In this document: piece after piece, positions 52,906-61,475 of the stretch
Layout of the letters: each line of letters begins with the position of its first letter
How positions within the stretch are numbered: position 1 is the stretch's first letter
IMG/VR virus record: IMGVR_UViG_3300037882_000610
Coordinates: 17,576 to 81,575 of that record
Length of the DNA stretch: 64,000 bases
Origin: a virus
Taxonomy: Duplodnaviria > Heunggongvirae > Uroviricota > Caudoviricetes
Reading direction: 5' to 3' (one strand)
Translations under genes and position numbers: made by a program
The notes under the pieces: model-generated
The model's input: only the letters and a program-made list of their open reading frames with translations
What the model was told of the DNA's origin: nothing
Databases searched by the model: none

Positions 52906-54455
52906 CCGTCCTTCGGGCCTTCTCGCCGCAGGTCAGCCATCAGCTTGCGAACGGCAAAGCCGGTCGAATGCGCCTTAGCACCTTCCCTGAGGTAGCCCTT
53001 GACAGTCTCGTTGTACTCCAGCACGTTGATGGCTCGTGTACAGGCCACGTACAGCAGGTTCTGTTCCTCTGTAGGAAGCCCGATCCACTCGCCCTCTTCG
53101 TTGTAGCCGCTCTTGAAGTCGTCTTCAACGATGACTTGGAACCATTCCCGACCCTTGCTCTTGTGGGCCGTCGTGAACGTCACCAGCGGACGGGCAGCAT
53201 TTGAGAAGTTCTCCAGAATGTCGATCCACTCCAGGGCCTTCCCGTCCTCCACGATCTTGACGATGCGCTTCAGCTCGGGGTCATTCTTCGTGCCATCGGC
53301 CTTCAGCTCTTCCCAGTCCAGATAGGGCACAACCTTGTCGTGCTTCACATCTTTCTTGATGCCCTGAGCCAACGAGAAGGCCGAGAACAAAAGCTTCACG
53401 AAGTCCTTAACGTCGATTTCCAATGCCACCTTTGTGCCATTCAGAATCTCGGGGACAGCAGCAGACAGCAGGGCACCATTGGTGCGGAAGAGCCGGGTGT
53501 AGGACTTGGTACGGTCAACCAAGTCAAAGCGTGCACAGCGGCTTTCGATAGTCTCGTTGCCAGTGATGACCATAGCACACTCCAGCACAGCCGTAGCGAT
53601 GTCAGCGATTGCTTGGCCGTAGCGGAAGGATTTGGTGAGCTTGCGCTCTTCAGCTTCCACCCTAGCCATTGCATTCACAGCGCCACGCCAGCCGTAGATG
53701 GCCTGACGGGAGTCGCCCACCATGACCACTTGCATGTGCGGAGCTTGGTTCATAACGATGTCCAAAACACAAGGCGTAGTGTCTTGAAACTCGTCCACGT
53801 ACAGCACGTCGTAGCCCTTCAGAACGGGCTTGCTGAGCTGGTACAGCTTCAGGTAGGTGTCATGGGAGGCCTGCACCACAGACTTCGTGTTGATGCGGTC
53901 TTCCCACAGCCGACGTGCCAGAGGCAGAATCTTGTCAACGCAGTAGGCAATGTTTCCCACGTTGTCATGCAGCTTTTCCTTGAGGTCGCCCTTCGGGACA
54001 TGCTTGTCTTCGATTACCATGTCGGCAGATTGCTCGAAGCGGGCCACGGTGTCACGCACCAGCAGGCCGAAATGGCTGGCTGTGATGGTTTCACCAGTGC
54101 GAGTCTCGTAAGACTCGATTTCGTAGAGCTTGCCAATCTCAGTGCCTGTCCAACCACAGTTCTGGTATTTGCCAGGAGGACGCTTCAGCTTGTCCTTCAG
54201 CTTCGAACCGAAGGCAGCATAGGCAATGCTGTGGGTAGTACGGCAAGTCACATGCTGAGGGAACTTCAGAGCAGCCTCTTCCGCAGTGACCTTGTTGAAA
54301 GCAAGGTACAGCGAGGGCAGATCAAGCGCCTCAGCCATCATCACCAATGTGGAAGTCTTGCCAGAGCCTGCACAAGCCTCAATCTTCAAGATTCGGATAG
54401 CTGACGTGATTGCAGTGACGCATGCTTGTTGTTCGAGTGTTGGGGTGCGGCTCAT
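52866..54455 (-). CDS. UvrD/Rep-like superfamily 1 DNA helicase
   Basis: Walker A ACAGSGKTS, Walker B YVDEFQD, QAIYGWRGA, TAHKSKGRE, YVACTRA. Confidence 0.8.
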   Translation of the reverse strand: MSRTPTLEQQACVTAITSAIRILKIEACAGSGKTSTLVMMAEALDLPSLYLAFNKVTAEEAALKFPQHVTCRTTHSIAYAAFGSKLKDKLKRPPGKYQNCGWTGTEIGKLYEIESYETRTGETITASHFGLLVRDTVARFEQSADMVIEDKHVPKGDLKEKLHDNVGNIAYCVDKILPLARRLWEDRINTKSVVQASHDTYLKLYQLSKPVLKGYDVLYVDEFQDTTPCVLDIVMNQAPHMQVVMVGDSRQAIYGWRGAVNAMARVEAEERKLTKSFRYGQAIADIATAVLECAMVITGNETIESRCARFDLVDRTKSYTRLFRTNGALLSAAVPEILNGTKVALEIDVKDFVKLLFSAFSLAQGIKKDVKHDKVVPYLDWEELKADGTKNDPELKRIVKIVEDGKALEWIDILENFSNAARPLVTFTTAHKSKGREWFQVIVEDDFKSGYNEEGEWIGLPTEEQNLLYVACTRAINVLEYNETVKGYLREGAKAHSTGFAVRKLMADLRREGPKDGCALLEEEEELWN

Positions 54456-54531
54456 GTCTAGCTCCGTTGTTGATGGACGTACTTTAGCACAGCCCTCCCA
54501 GACTGTGCAAGAAAATTCTCAGATTTGCGAA

Positions 54532-55014
54532 TCAACGTCGCGCAGACGGCGTAGACGTTCGACCCACGGAGATGGATGTGCGTGTGCTGGTGCCCATTGT
54601 GGAGGGGCGTTGAACCACTCGGGGAGGAGCCACATAGCGCTGAGCTGGGGCTGTGTAGGAAGGCGTTGGCGCCGTGTAGCGAGGGGCTACAGGGGCGTAG
54701 GACGGTTGTGCCACAGGCTGGCGATCCCGGCTCAGGTGATTGCCCACCATCGTGCCAATGGTCGAGCCCACGGCTGTGCCGATGATCGTGTCACCGATGC
54801 CACCGCTGTGCCCACCACCGTTCTGTACGATGACAGGGGCAGGTTGTTGAATGACCTGGGGCTGTGGTGCGTACTGAGGTTGAACAGCCGGGATGGCTGC
54901 GTAGCCAGGGTTGTAGGCTGGTCGCGAGCACGAGGCCATGATGACGACGAGCAGGAAGGCAGCGACGATGCCGCCAATCACCTTACGGTGCATGGGTGTG
55001 AAAAAGTTTTGCAT
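54532..55014 (-). CDS. lipoprotein with glycine-zipper segment
   Basis: Signal/lipobox VVIMASC, then GGGHSGGIGDTIIGTAVGSTIGTMVG, Pro/Gln-rich linker. Confidence 0.5.
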   Translation of the reverse strand: MQNFFTPMHRKVIGGIVAAFLLVVIMASCSRPAYNPGYAAIPAVQPQYAPQPQVIQQPAPVIVQNGGGHSGGIGDTIIGTAVGSTIGTMVGNHLSRDRQPVAQPSYAPVAPRYTAPTPSYTAPAQRYVAPPRVVQRPSTMGTSTRTSISVGRTSTPSARR

Positions 55015-55023
55015 GGGTTCTCC

Positions 55024-55204
55024 TTACTTGATACGGACTAGGATTGGACGAGCATTTGTCACATCCGCTTTGACAAAGCTCCGGGCTTGACGATGTTCCA
55101 CAGCGGCAACTTCGTAGATTTGAATCTCTCCCTCAACCCGGCAACCAACCCGAAAGACGGGCAACGGTGAGAAATCAAATTCGTACTGCAAATTCTCATT
55201 CATG
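55024..55204 (-). CDS. hypothetical small protein (59 aa)
   Basis: Read from sequence: MNENLQYEFDFSPLPVFRVGCRVEGEIQIYEV...; RBS GGAAGG; not in ORF track. Confidence 0.25.
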
Positions 55205-55262
55205 AGATTTCCTTCCAGATTTACAGGATTTGGGAGAGACAGGGCACAAGGCCCTGCCGTGT

Positions 55263-57098
55263 TCAGATTTCCTTTGGACCGAACTTAGACTTCCAATCGT
55301 CCAAGTCATACATCGTGTGAGTGGCGTTGTCGTAGTAGAACTCGCCAACCAAACCTGTGTGTCCAGTCCAACGAATCTTACTCGCCTTCATCCGAGTAGT
55401 GTTGCGCTCAATCTCGTCTTCAGCTTCCTTGTTGCGAGTGAACAACAAGTTACAGGAGCCCGATTTGAAGATCGAACTTGTACCTTGCATGTCTTCTTCG
55501 AACAGCTCTGCGCCTGTCGAGTTTGCTTGCTTCCCACCCTGACTCTTACGCACGTGATTGACGTTGATAAAGATCACATCGTGGCTCTTCATCATGCCCT
55601 TCATCCACTTCAGGAACACTGCCTGTTCCTCATTCGGCAAGCCGTCGAGGATGTCTTGCAGCGGGTCCAAGATGATGAGCTGGCATCCACACGAGATGAT
55701 AAGCTCTTCAATCTTGTCCTTCATGGACTCAATGCCGCCATCGCGATCCTCGATCAACGAGAAACGTTCTGCGCCAGACTCATTCATGTACAGATGCGTC
55801 TCTGCATCCATCACCCATTGCTGGTCTAGGAATGCAATACGCTCTTCTGGTGTTTCGATCAAGTCGATCTTGCGACCGATGTGACGAGACAACAGCTTGG
55901 TTCCGTACTGGCCTACATCGCTCTCAAGCGTTACGATTCCGGGCTTGTATGGGCTGTTGAAAATCCAGAAGTACGTGCACTCGTCCACGATTGTAGACTT
56001 GCCTGTGCCCGATGCCGATCCCAAATTGACCATGTTTTTCAATGGGATGCCGCCAGCCATTTTTTTCTGCAACTTGTACATGAAAGGGGGCAGCGGAACC
56101 CGAGGAGCCGAGGCTGACTGCCGGATGCGCTTCCCTACGGAAGACGATCCGACGATGCCGTCAGGCGTCCAGGCCTTGGCATTCCAGTAGTCCTGCATGA
56201 ACTCGCTCTCAAGGCCTAGCGCGTTGCCTTCCTTGTCCTGAACGTAGTCGTCAGCATCCTTGTACCGCATGGTCATGATGAAGGCCTTCCCCTTGGGGAG
56301 AACCTTAGCAATCTTCTCGGCTGCTTCCTTGCCAGCCTTGTCGTTGTCCATGCAGATAACGACCTTCTCAAAGCGATCAAAGAAGGCATACTGAGCTTGA
56401 ACTTGCTTAGCTGCCCCTCCCTCCCCTGTGGTCGAACAAACTACTGCTGGAGGGCTCCAGTCCTCTTTGCCGCGACGCTTTAGATCGTCTTTGAAAATCT
56501 GGTAGGCGTTGAGTTGCTTAGTCTCTCCACCCACGATCACACAGACCCTGTTCTCCGATTTGAAGAAGAACTGGCCGATCATTTCCACTTCCTTGCCGAC
56601 TTGACCGATAGAGCCGGTGAAGTCCTTGGGGAAGCGACGAATGCGGTAGCCTACCAGCTTGCCGTCGATGGTAGTCGGGTAATACTGGGCACAGGGCTTG
56701 CCTGTCTCCGGGTCATACTCGTATCTTACACCAAATTGGATGCTGGTTTCGTCTCGAATGCCTCGGTAGCCTTGGCCTTTTTGACTGGTAGTCGATTTTA
56801 CGCTAGCCGCTTCTTCTGTTGTGAGAGCTTCGCGTGTCACTATTGATTCATCCTCTTCCTCTTCTTGCCACCCCATGCGCTCCATGTGCTCAAGGGATGG
56901 AATTGTAAATTCACAAGCATGACAAAAGGCCCCGCGTTCGGGGCCATAGACATGGAGATTGTCACCAGAGCGGTCCTTGCCGTTACGACGGCACCGTGGG
57001 CAAGCCGTCTTGTGCTCGTGGCTTAGATCAATGCCGTACTTCTCAGCGAGGTTCAAATAAGTTCGAAAGTAGCCTCGCGTCCGTTGCCGATGTACCAA
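55263..57098 (-). CDS. bifunctional primase-helicase (T7 gp4-like)
   Basis: Zinc ribbon CPRC...CHAC, TOPRIM region, DnaB-type Walker A GSASGTGKST, Walker B IILD. Confidence 0.8.
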   Translation of the reverse strand: MVHRQRTRGYFRTYLNLAEKYGIDLSHEHKTACPRCRRNGKDRSGDNLHVYGPERGAFCHACEFTIPSLEHMERMGWQEEEEDESIVTREALTTEEAASVKSTTSQKGQGYRGIRDETSIQFGVRYEYDPETGKPCAQYYPTTIDGKLVGYRIRRFPKDFTGSIGQVGKEVEMIGQFFFKSENRVCVIVGGETKQLNAYQIFKDDLKRRGKEDWSPPAVVCSTTGEGGAAKQVQAQYAFFDRFEKVVICMDNDKAGKEAAEKIAKVLPKGKAFIMTMRYKDADDYVQDKEGNALGLESEFMQDYWNAKAWTPDGIVGSSSVGKRIRQSASAPRVPLPPFMYKLQKKMAGGIPLKNMVNLGSASGTGKSTIVDECTYFWIFNSPYKPGIVTLESDVGQYGTKLLSRHIGRKIDLIETPEERIAFLDQQWVMDAETHLYMNESGAERFSLIEDRDGGIESMKDKIEELIISCGCQLIILDPLQDILDGLPNEEQAVFLKWMKGMMKSHDVIFINVNHVRKSQGGKQANSTGAELFEEDMQGTSSIFKSGSCNLLFTRNKEAEDEIERNTTRMKASKIRWTGHTGLVGEFYYDNATHTMYDLDDWKSKFGPKEI

Positions 57099-57634
57099 GC
57101 ACCATCAAGAGAGTCATCAAAAGAGCCCTCGGGATTGCCAAGGTCACGGAAAGAAGCTTCCCAGTCACCAATACCAATGTCATACTTGCGCAGTTTGGCA
57201 GTGAGTCCCGCCCTGAAGTAGGGTCCGTCGCCCTTCAGAACTCGGACAACATCCCCGGCAGCCCAACGCTTTTTGGCAGGCTTGGGGGAACGAGATTGGC
57301 CCTGGAGGACGTATTGCTGCTTCAGGAGCTGACGGTCCAGGGTCTGGTCCTTCGCCAGAGCAATGACGCTCTCGCCCAGTGCATCCTTGAAGTCCAGCAG
57401 ATCAGCGGCGACGGGGTAGCCGACGAGACGCAGATTCTTGATGGCAGTCTTGGCAGCAGTGCGGCTGCGTTCGTACTTGGCGAGGAGCTTGCCTCGTTTG
57501 TGCGTGCGGCTCTGGAGGCCACGGATGTTGCTGTTCACGACAGCTTGATTGATGGTCACTTGTTGAGTTCCTTTCGGGTATGCGTTGTTGATGAAGTTGG
57601 CCCAGGCGTCGTATTGGGAATCACGGTCTCCCAT
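57053..57634 (-). CDS. hypothetical protein (193 aa)
   Basis: ORF track; overlaps primase start by 46 nt. Confidence 0.35.
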   Translation of the reverse strand: MGDRDSQYDAWANFINNAYPKGTQQVTINQAVVNSNIRGLQSRTHKRGKLLAKYERSRTAAKTAIKNLRLVGYPVAADLLDFKDALGESVIALAKDQTLDRQLLKQQYVLQGQSRSPKPAKKRWAAGDVVRVLKGDGPYFRAGLTAKLRKYDIGIGDWEASFRDLGNPEGSFDDSLDGAWYIGNGREATFELI

Positions 57635-58435
57635 TTACTTCCCCGTGTTGACGATGCCCTTGAAGTCGTAAGGCACGACTACGGCATGAACCTTGCCTTC
57701 CTTCACGCCTTGAGCGATCAGGTTGAGCGACTGGGCGTTCATGTACTCGATGTTCTGCTTGTTCGAGCTGAGCAGCGTCTGACGTTCAGCTTCCTTCGCA
57801 GCAGTCTGCACTTCCACAGCCTTCTGCTTCAGCTCGTTCTCGGCGTTCACCAAGTCATTGGCGCTCTTCAAGATGCTGGCTGCCGGCAGGGCATTCGTCA
57901 CTTGCACTTGGCTGATGACGATGCTCTTCTCCAAGCCACGGCTCTGAAGGGCTTCTTCGATGCCACTCTTGATCTTCGCTTCGATCACAGAGCGATTGTC
58001 GCCAATCACCAGTGACTTGTGCTCACGCACGGCCTTGGTAGAGGCATTGCGCAGCAGCGTCGAGATGTAGCCGTTCATCAGCAGCACCTGACCGTGGCTG
58101 TCGATTGCATGGAAGCTGCGGCTCTCCTTCGTCCACAGCTCAGCGACAGCAGCCGGGTTGAGGGAGTAGATGACCTGAGCGTCGAAGTCAGCCAGGGCCG
58201 AGTTGTCCGCAGCTTGCGGGTGCAAGTCGCTGACGACAGCAGCCACTTCCTGCACCTTGAAGGTGACAACATCACCAATCAGGGTCTGGTTGAGCGTGCC
58301 CGGTTGCAGCTCCTGCATGTTGAACGTCTTGTCGAAGTTGCGACGCAAGCCGACTTCGCCCGTTTCGATACGGGTACAGCCGACAGCAGCGACACACATC
58401 AGTGCGAGGGCGAGGGAACGGAAGATGCTCTTCAT
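57635..58435 (-). CDS. SPFH/band-7 family lipoprotein
   Basis: Internal start MKSIFRSLALALMCVAAVGC (lipobox) preceded by AAGGAGAAACCC. The 80-aa His/Arg-rich N-terminal extension of the ORF-track call looks non-coding. Confidence 0.5.
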   Translation of the reverse strand: MKSIFRSLALALMCVAAVGCTRIETGEVGLRRNFDKTFNMQELQPGTLNQTLIGDVVTFKVQEVAAVVSDLHPQAADNSALADFDAQVIYSLNPAAVAELWTKESRSFHAIDSHGQVLLMNGYISTLLRNASTKAVREHKSLVIGDNRSVIEAKIKSGIEEALQSRGLEKSIVISQVQVTNALPAASILKSANDLVNAENELKQKAVEVQTAAKEAERQTLLSSNKQNIEYMNAQSLNLIAQGVKEGKVHAVVVPYDFKGIVNTGK

Positions 58436-58458
58436 TGGGTTTCTCCTTGAATTGTGCG

Positions 58459-58635
58459 TTAGAACGCGATGACGATGAAAACTGTGCAGAGGGCTGCGAA
58501 GATGGTGACGCCTGTCGTGACCATAACGGCCCGTCCGAGCTTCAACTTCTCCTTCAGCGTGGTTGCTGACCAGACGTAGTATACGCCGAAAACCAGCAGC
58601 CACACAAGAAAGAAGCCAAAAAGATTTCTCAACAT
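58459..58635 (-). CDS. small two-TM membrane protein (58 aa), alternative frame upstream of SPFH gene
   Basis: MLRNLFGFFLVWLLVFGVYYVW...AVMVTTGVTIFAALCTVFIVIAF read in a frame overlapping the long ORF's N-terminal extension. Confidence 0.25.
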   Translation of the reverse strand: MLRNLFGFFLVWLLVFGVYYVWSATTLKEKLKLGRAVMVTTGVTIFAALCTVFIVIAF

Positions 58636-58640
58636 TGAGA

Positions 58641-59177
58641 TTAAGCCTTTCCATGCCTATTGGTGTAGCCAGCACCTTGGGCGTTAAGTTGTAAAATTTG
58701 TTCCTCCCGCCACTGGCAGGCTAGGTGGAACGCAGCGTCTCCGTATGTGCCCACAGAGTATGACTTGTACCTTCTTTTACCATCCAGAGTCTTGATGCCG
58801 GCTTGCCAACTATCAGACTTTGAATGGTAGTTCACTCCACAGACACCCGATGTGTTTCTGAAGTTCATCTTGGTATTTCTATTGTTTACAGCTAGCGGAA
58901 TCGCTCTCAGATTACTTCTAAAGTTGTTCCGCCAATTCCCGTCTTCATGATCTACGATGTACCCTTCCGGGACTTCCCCGTTGAACATTTCGTAGATGAT
59001 CTTGTGCACAGGATGCTGAACGCCTCTCAGCTTGATTCTATAGCATCTAGAGCCGACACTACCTGCAACAGCATCCTTCTGTACGAGCAAAACACTATCT
59101 TGAAAGCCAGTCCAAACATTTATTGCCCATCTCAGGCACGTTGGGCTACTTTCATCGTAGTAAAACTCAGACCACAT
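58641..59177 (-). CDS. HNH-AP2 homing endonuclease (paralog 3 of 4)
   Basis: FYYDESSPTCLRW...VDHEDGNWRNNFRSNLR...SGVCGVN...SWQAGI. Confidence 0.7.
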   Translation of the reverse strand: MWSEFYYDESSPTCLRWAINVWTGFQDSVLLVQKDAVAGSVGSRCYRIKLRGVQHPVHKIIYEMFNGEVPEGYIVDHEDGNWRNNFRSNLRAIPLAVNNRNTKMNFRNTSGVCGVNYHSKSDSWQAGIKTLDGKRRYKSYSVGTYGDAAFHLACQWREEQILQLNAQGAGYTNRHGKA

Positions 59178-60249
59178 CCAGCAAAAATCCAGGCTTGTTT
59201 TCTCCTGGGATCAACTTTCTGTGCATCGCCCAACCTCGGAATTGGGCACTCCACAACTGACCTTCACGATCTACATGCGAGACACCTTCTTGCCACGTAG
59301 CTGGGTTGAAAGGCTCGTTGACTCCAACTCTTGATTCTTCGAGGGCTGTAGCCTGATGCTGGAACGCAGAGCCGTGAATGCGCAAGTCACTCGTCAGCTT
59401 GGCGAACACTTCAGTGGACTTTTCCACATCATAGTCCACGTTGCGGAATGACACAGCAGCGCACCGAGCAGAGCTGACCTTAATTGCTTCGTCAAGCGTC
59501 AGCTCACGGATACCACGGTCGTCCTTCTCGTCTTCGATGAAGTACACAGTCTCGCCCGGGTAACGGTCGCGGATAGTGTACGACTGAACGTAAGGCAAGT
59601 GCCACTCCCCCGGCAACAGCTCCACAGGTGTGCTCACCTTCGCAGCTTCGTGCATGCAACGTGCCAGCTCATGCAGGGACGGGTCCGCAGCTCCATGATC
59701 CCGCAGCCAGAAGAGGTTCGCCCACTCGGTAGCTGAGAGGACAGTCTTCATCATCTGGAACGATTCAGTGACGCGGTTGTATACCTGCTTGTGGTAGCCG
59801 GATTCGAAGAACATCTGAGAGATGCCCGACATGATCCACTGAGCGAAATCCCACCACACTTCAGGCGTTGTCCAGAAGCCGTAGGCGTCCTCATCCCACG
59901 TGCAGTGATGCGTTGTCGGTGGACGGTAGCGCACAAGCCATGTCTGGAATGCGTTCTGCAATTCCCTGTGCACAAACACGGGAGCTGCATAGTCCTCGCC
60001 CTTGTCCTGCATGCCGGCTTGATTGGCTCCGAAGCGAATCGGCCGGCCTGTCAAGTTCTCTTGCATCTTGGCGAACGGGATAGCCCGGCTGCTGGAGCTG
60101 TTCTTGCAGACCATGCCGTGCGTGTTCAGCTCTGCCAGGATGATGCGAGGGTAGCTCACCTCGAACGTTAGCAGGTTGACGCCAGCAGGGCTGATGCTGT
60201 GCTTCAGGACACGGGCGTAGACCCCGTACTTGCCACGGACTTCGATCAT
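59167..60249 (-). CDS. ThyX-fold (flavin-dependent thymidylate synthase-like) protein with non-canonical active-site motif and C-terminal extension
   Basis: FEVSYPRIILAELNTHGMVCKNSSSSRAIPF aligns with ThyX FEh..F.......RHR..S....S.RY (RHR replaced by THG, first Ser by Cys). Later SATEWANLFWLRDH...LHELARCMHEAAK matches the ThyX W.H...LR region. 360 aa versus about 220 for ThyX. Confidence 0.45.
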   Translation of the reverse strand: MIEVRGKYGVYARVLKHSISPAGVNLLTFEVSYPRIILAELNTHGMVCKNSSSSRAIPFAKMQENLTGRPIRFGANQAGMQDKGEDYAAPVFVHRELQNAFQTWLVRYRPPTTHHCTWDEDAYGFWTTPEVWWDFAQWIMSGISQMFFESGYHKQVYNRVTESFQMMKTVLSATEWANLFWLRDHGAADPSLHELARCMHEAAKVSTPVELLPGEWHLPYVQSYTIRDRYPGETVYFIEDEKDDRGIRELTLDEAIKVSSARCAAVSFRNVDYDVEKSTEVFAKLTSDLRIHGSAFQHQATALEESRVGVNEPFNPATWQEGVSHVDREGQLWSAQFRGWAMHRKLIPGENKPGFLLDVV

Positions 60250-60782
60250 TCCTTCACCTCGATTCCAGCAGCCTTGAGCGTGGACAGAACTTCAGCTTCG
60301 GGAATCAACGTCAGCTTGTGCTCAGGTTGCTTCTCGGAGATGCTTCCCATCACGCCAGCACTGTAGCCAGTCATGCCGTAGCTGCCATCCGTACAGTCGT
60401 AAGTGCTGCCCGAAGAGTTGTGAAACAGGAAGCCGCCTTCACGCAGTTCGACGCTCTGGATTTTAGAGCTGAGCTTCCCTGCAGCCCCGTAGAGGTAGCT
60501 GCCAGACCACGAAGCCAGTACGCGATAGGCTGTCTCAGCCTTCTCGGTGCCTACGTGGTATTCGATCTTGTAGAGTGACCAGAGGTCAGGTGTAGTTGCC
60601 ATTCCAGCCTTTGTCAGGTTCGCTCCAGGCGATTCGATAGCCCAGGCAGGAACGCAATCGAACCCACTGCGACGCATGTGCTGAGTCATCTCCTTTACCG
60701 GCCTGCCCAGGATAGTGCTGTAGAGCAGCAGGAAGGCCCTGACGGCTTGGTTCTCTCCGTCCGTGTCCATGAGTTCTTTCAC
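60246..60782 (-). CDS. hypothetical protein (178 aa)
   Basis: ORF track. Confidence 0.35.
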   Translation of the reverse strand: MKELMDTDGENQAVRAFLLLYSTILGRPVKEMTQHMRRSGFDCVPAWAIESPGANLTKAGMATTPDLWSLYKIEYHVGTEKAETAYRVLASWSGSYLYGAAGKLSSKIQSVELREGGFLFHNSSGSTYDCTDGSYGMTGYSAGVMGSISEKQPEHKLTLIPEAEVLSTLKAAGIEVKE

Positions 60783-61259
60783 TTATGTCTTCTCCTTGCA
60801 AAATATGTGCTTGCCGATTCTCCTGCATCCCACTCCATGTGGCCTGACGCCATTGAAGTACAGGAATTTCTCATCTTTGAGAACCGGGCCGTATTCGAGA
60901 GCCTGATTGTAATGTAACAAAGTCTCAGGGTTCAAGGGCACCAGCCCCTTTTTCTTGAACCACGGGAACTGTCGCTTCTGCGCCACAACCTCACAAATTG
61001 ACTTGCCAGATTTGGCAGACCTGTGTAGCACGACTTCTAGGACAGCTCGCTTGCCCTTTGCAGGCTCTCCACGTGCTTCGTGGTAGACAGCTGACACGAG
61101 ACATTGCCAGTCAGGGTCTGGAGAGGGCGCAGGAGGGCCGTAGGCAGGCTTTTGGAAGGCAAATAAGGCCAGGGTAGCCAGGAAGAGCCTGAACGCCTTG
61201 TAGATCGTTCTAAGGCCTCGGTCCAAGATACTCTTCTCCGTACTTATCCCACAGCTCAT
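60783..61259 (-). CDS. SleB/Hydrolase_2-like cell-wall hydrolase with N-terminal signal-anchor
   Basis: CLVSAVYHEARGEP...AVLEVVLHR core; hydrophobic N-terminus LFLATLALFAF. Confidence 0.5.
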   Translation of the reverse strand: MSCGISTEKSILDRGLRTIYKAFRLFLATLALFAFQKPAYGPPAPSPDPDWQCLVSAVYHEARGEPAKGKRAVLEVVLHRSAKSGKSICEVVAQKRQFPWFKKKGLVPLNPETLLHYNQALEYGPVLKDEKFLYFNGVRPHGVGCRRIGKHIFCKEKT

Positions 61260-61413
61260 CCATGTTCATCCGGGCTGCATCCAGCAGATAGCCCTTGAAC
61301 TTCTCAACCTCTGCTAGGTCTGTAGCTGTCAGGCTTGGTTTTCTCCGCTTGTCGTTCCAGCCTTCGTACTTGCGCAATCGGGATATTACTTCGCTTCGCC
61401 CTGTTGGCTTCAA
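61210..61413 (-). CDS. hypothetical protein (67 aa)
   Basis: ORF track. Confidence 0.3.
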   Translation of the reverse strand: MKPTGRSEVISRLRKYEGWNDKRRKPSLTATDLAEVEKFKGYLLDAARMNMDELWDKYGEEYLGPRP

Positions 61414-61423
61414 TATGTTCCTC

Positions 61424-61453
61424 CCACAAATAAGAAAGCGCCCCGAAGGGCGC
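61424..61453 (-). terminator. rho-independent terminator (- strand)
   Basis: gcgccc-cgaa-gggcgc stem; on - strand followed by TTTCTTATTTG. Confidence 0.5.
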
Positions 61454-61475
61454 CTGTTTCGAGAGCTGGAGTGTA

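Noticed and set aside
53340-54404. 354-aa + strand ORF inside helicase gene
   Set aside because: Antisense shadow of UvrD-like helicase with all SF1 motifs on the - strand.
56996-58015. 339-aa + strand ORF spanning primase end, 193-aa ORF and SPFH gene
   Set aside because: Crosses three - strand genes; no RBS; composition junk-like.
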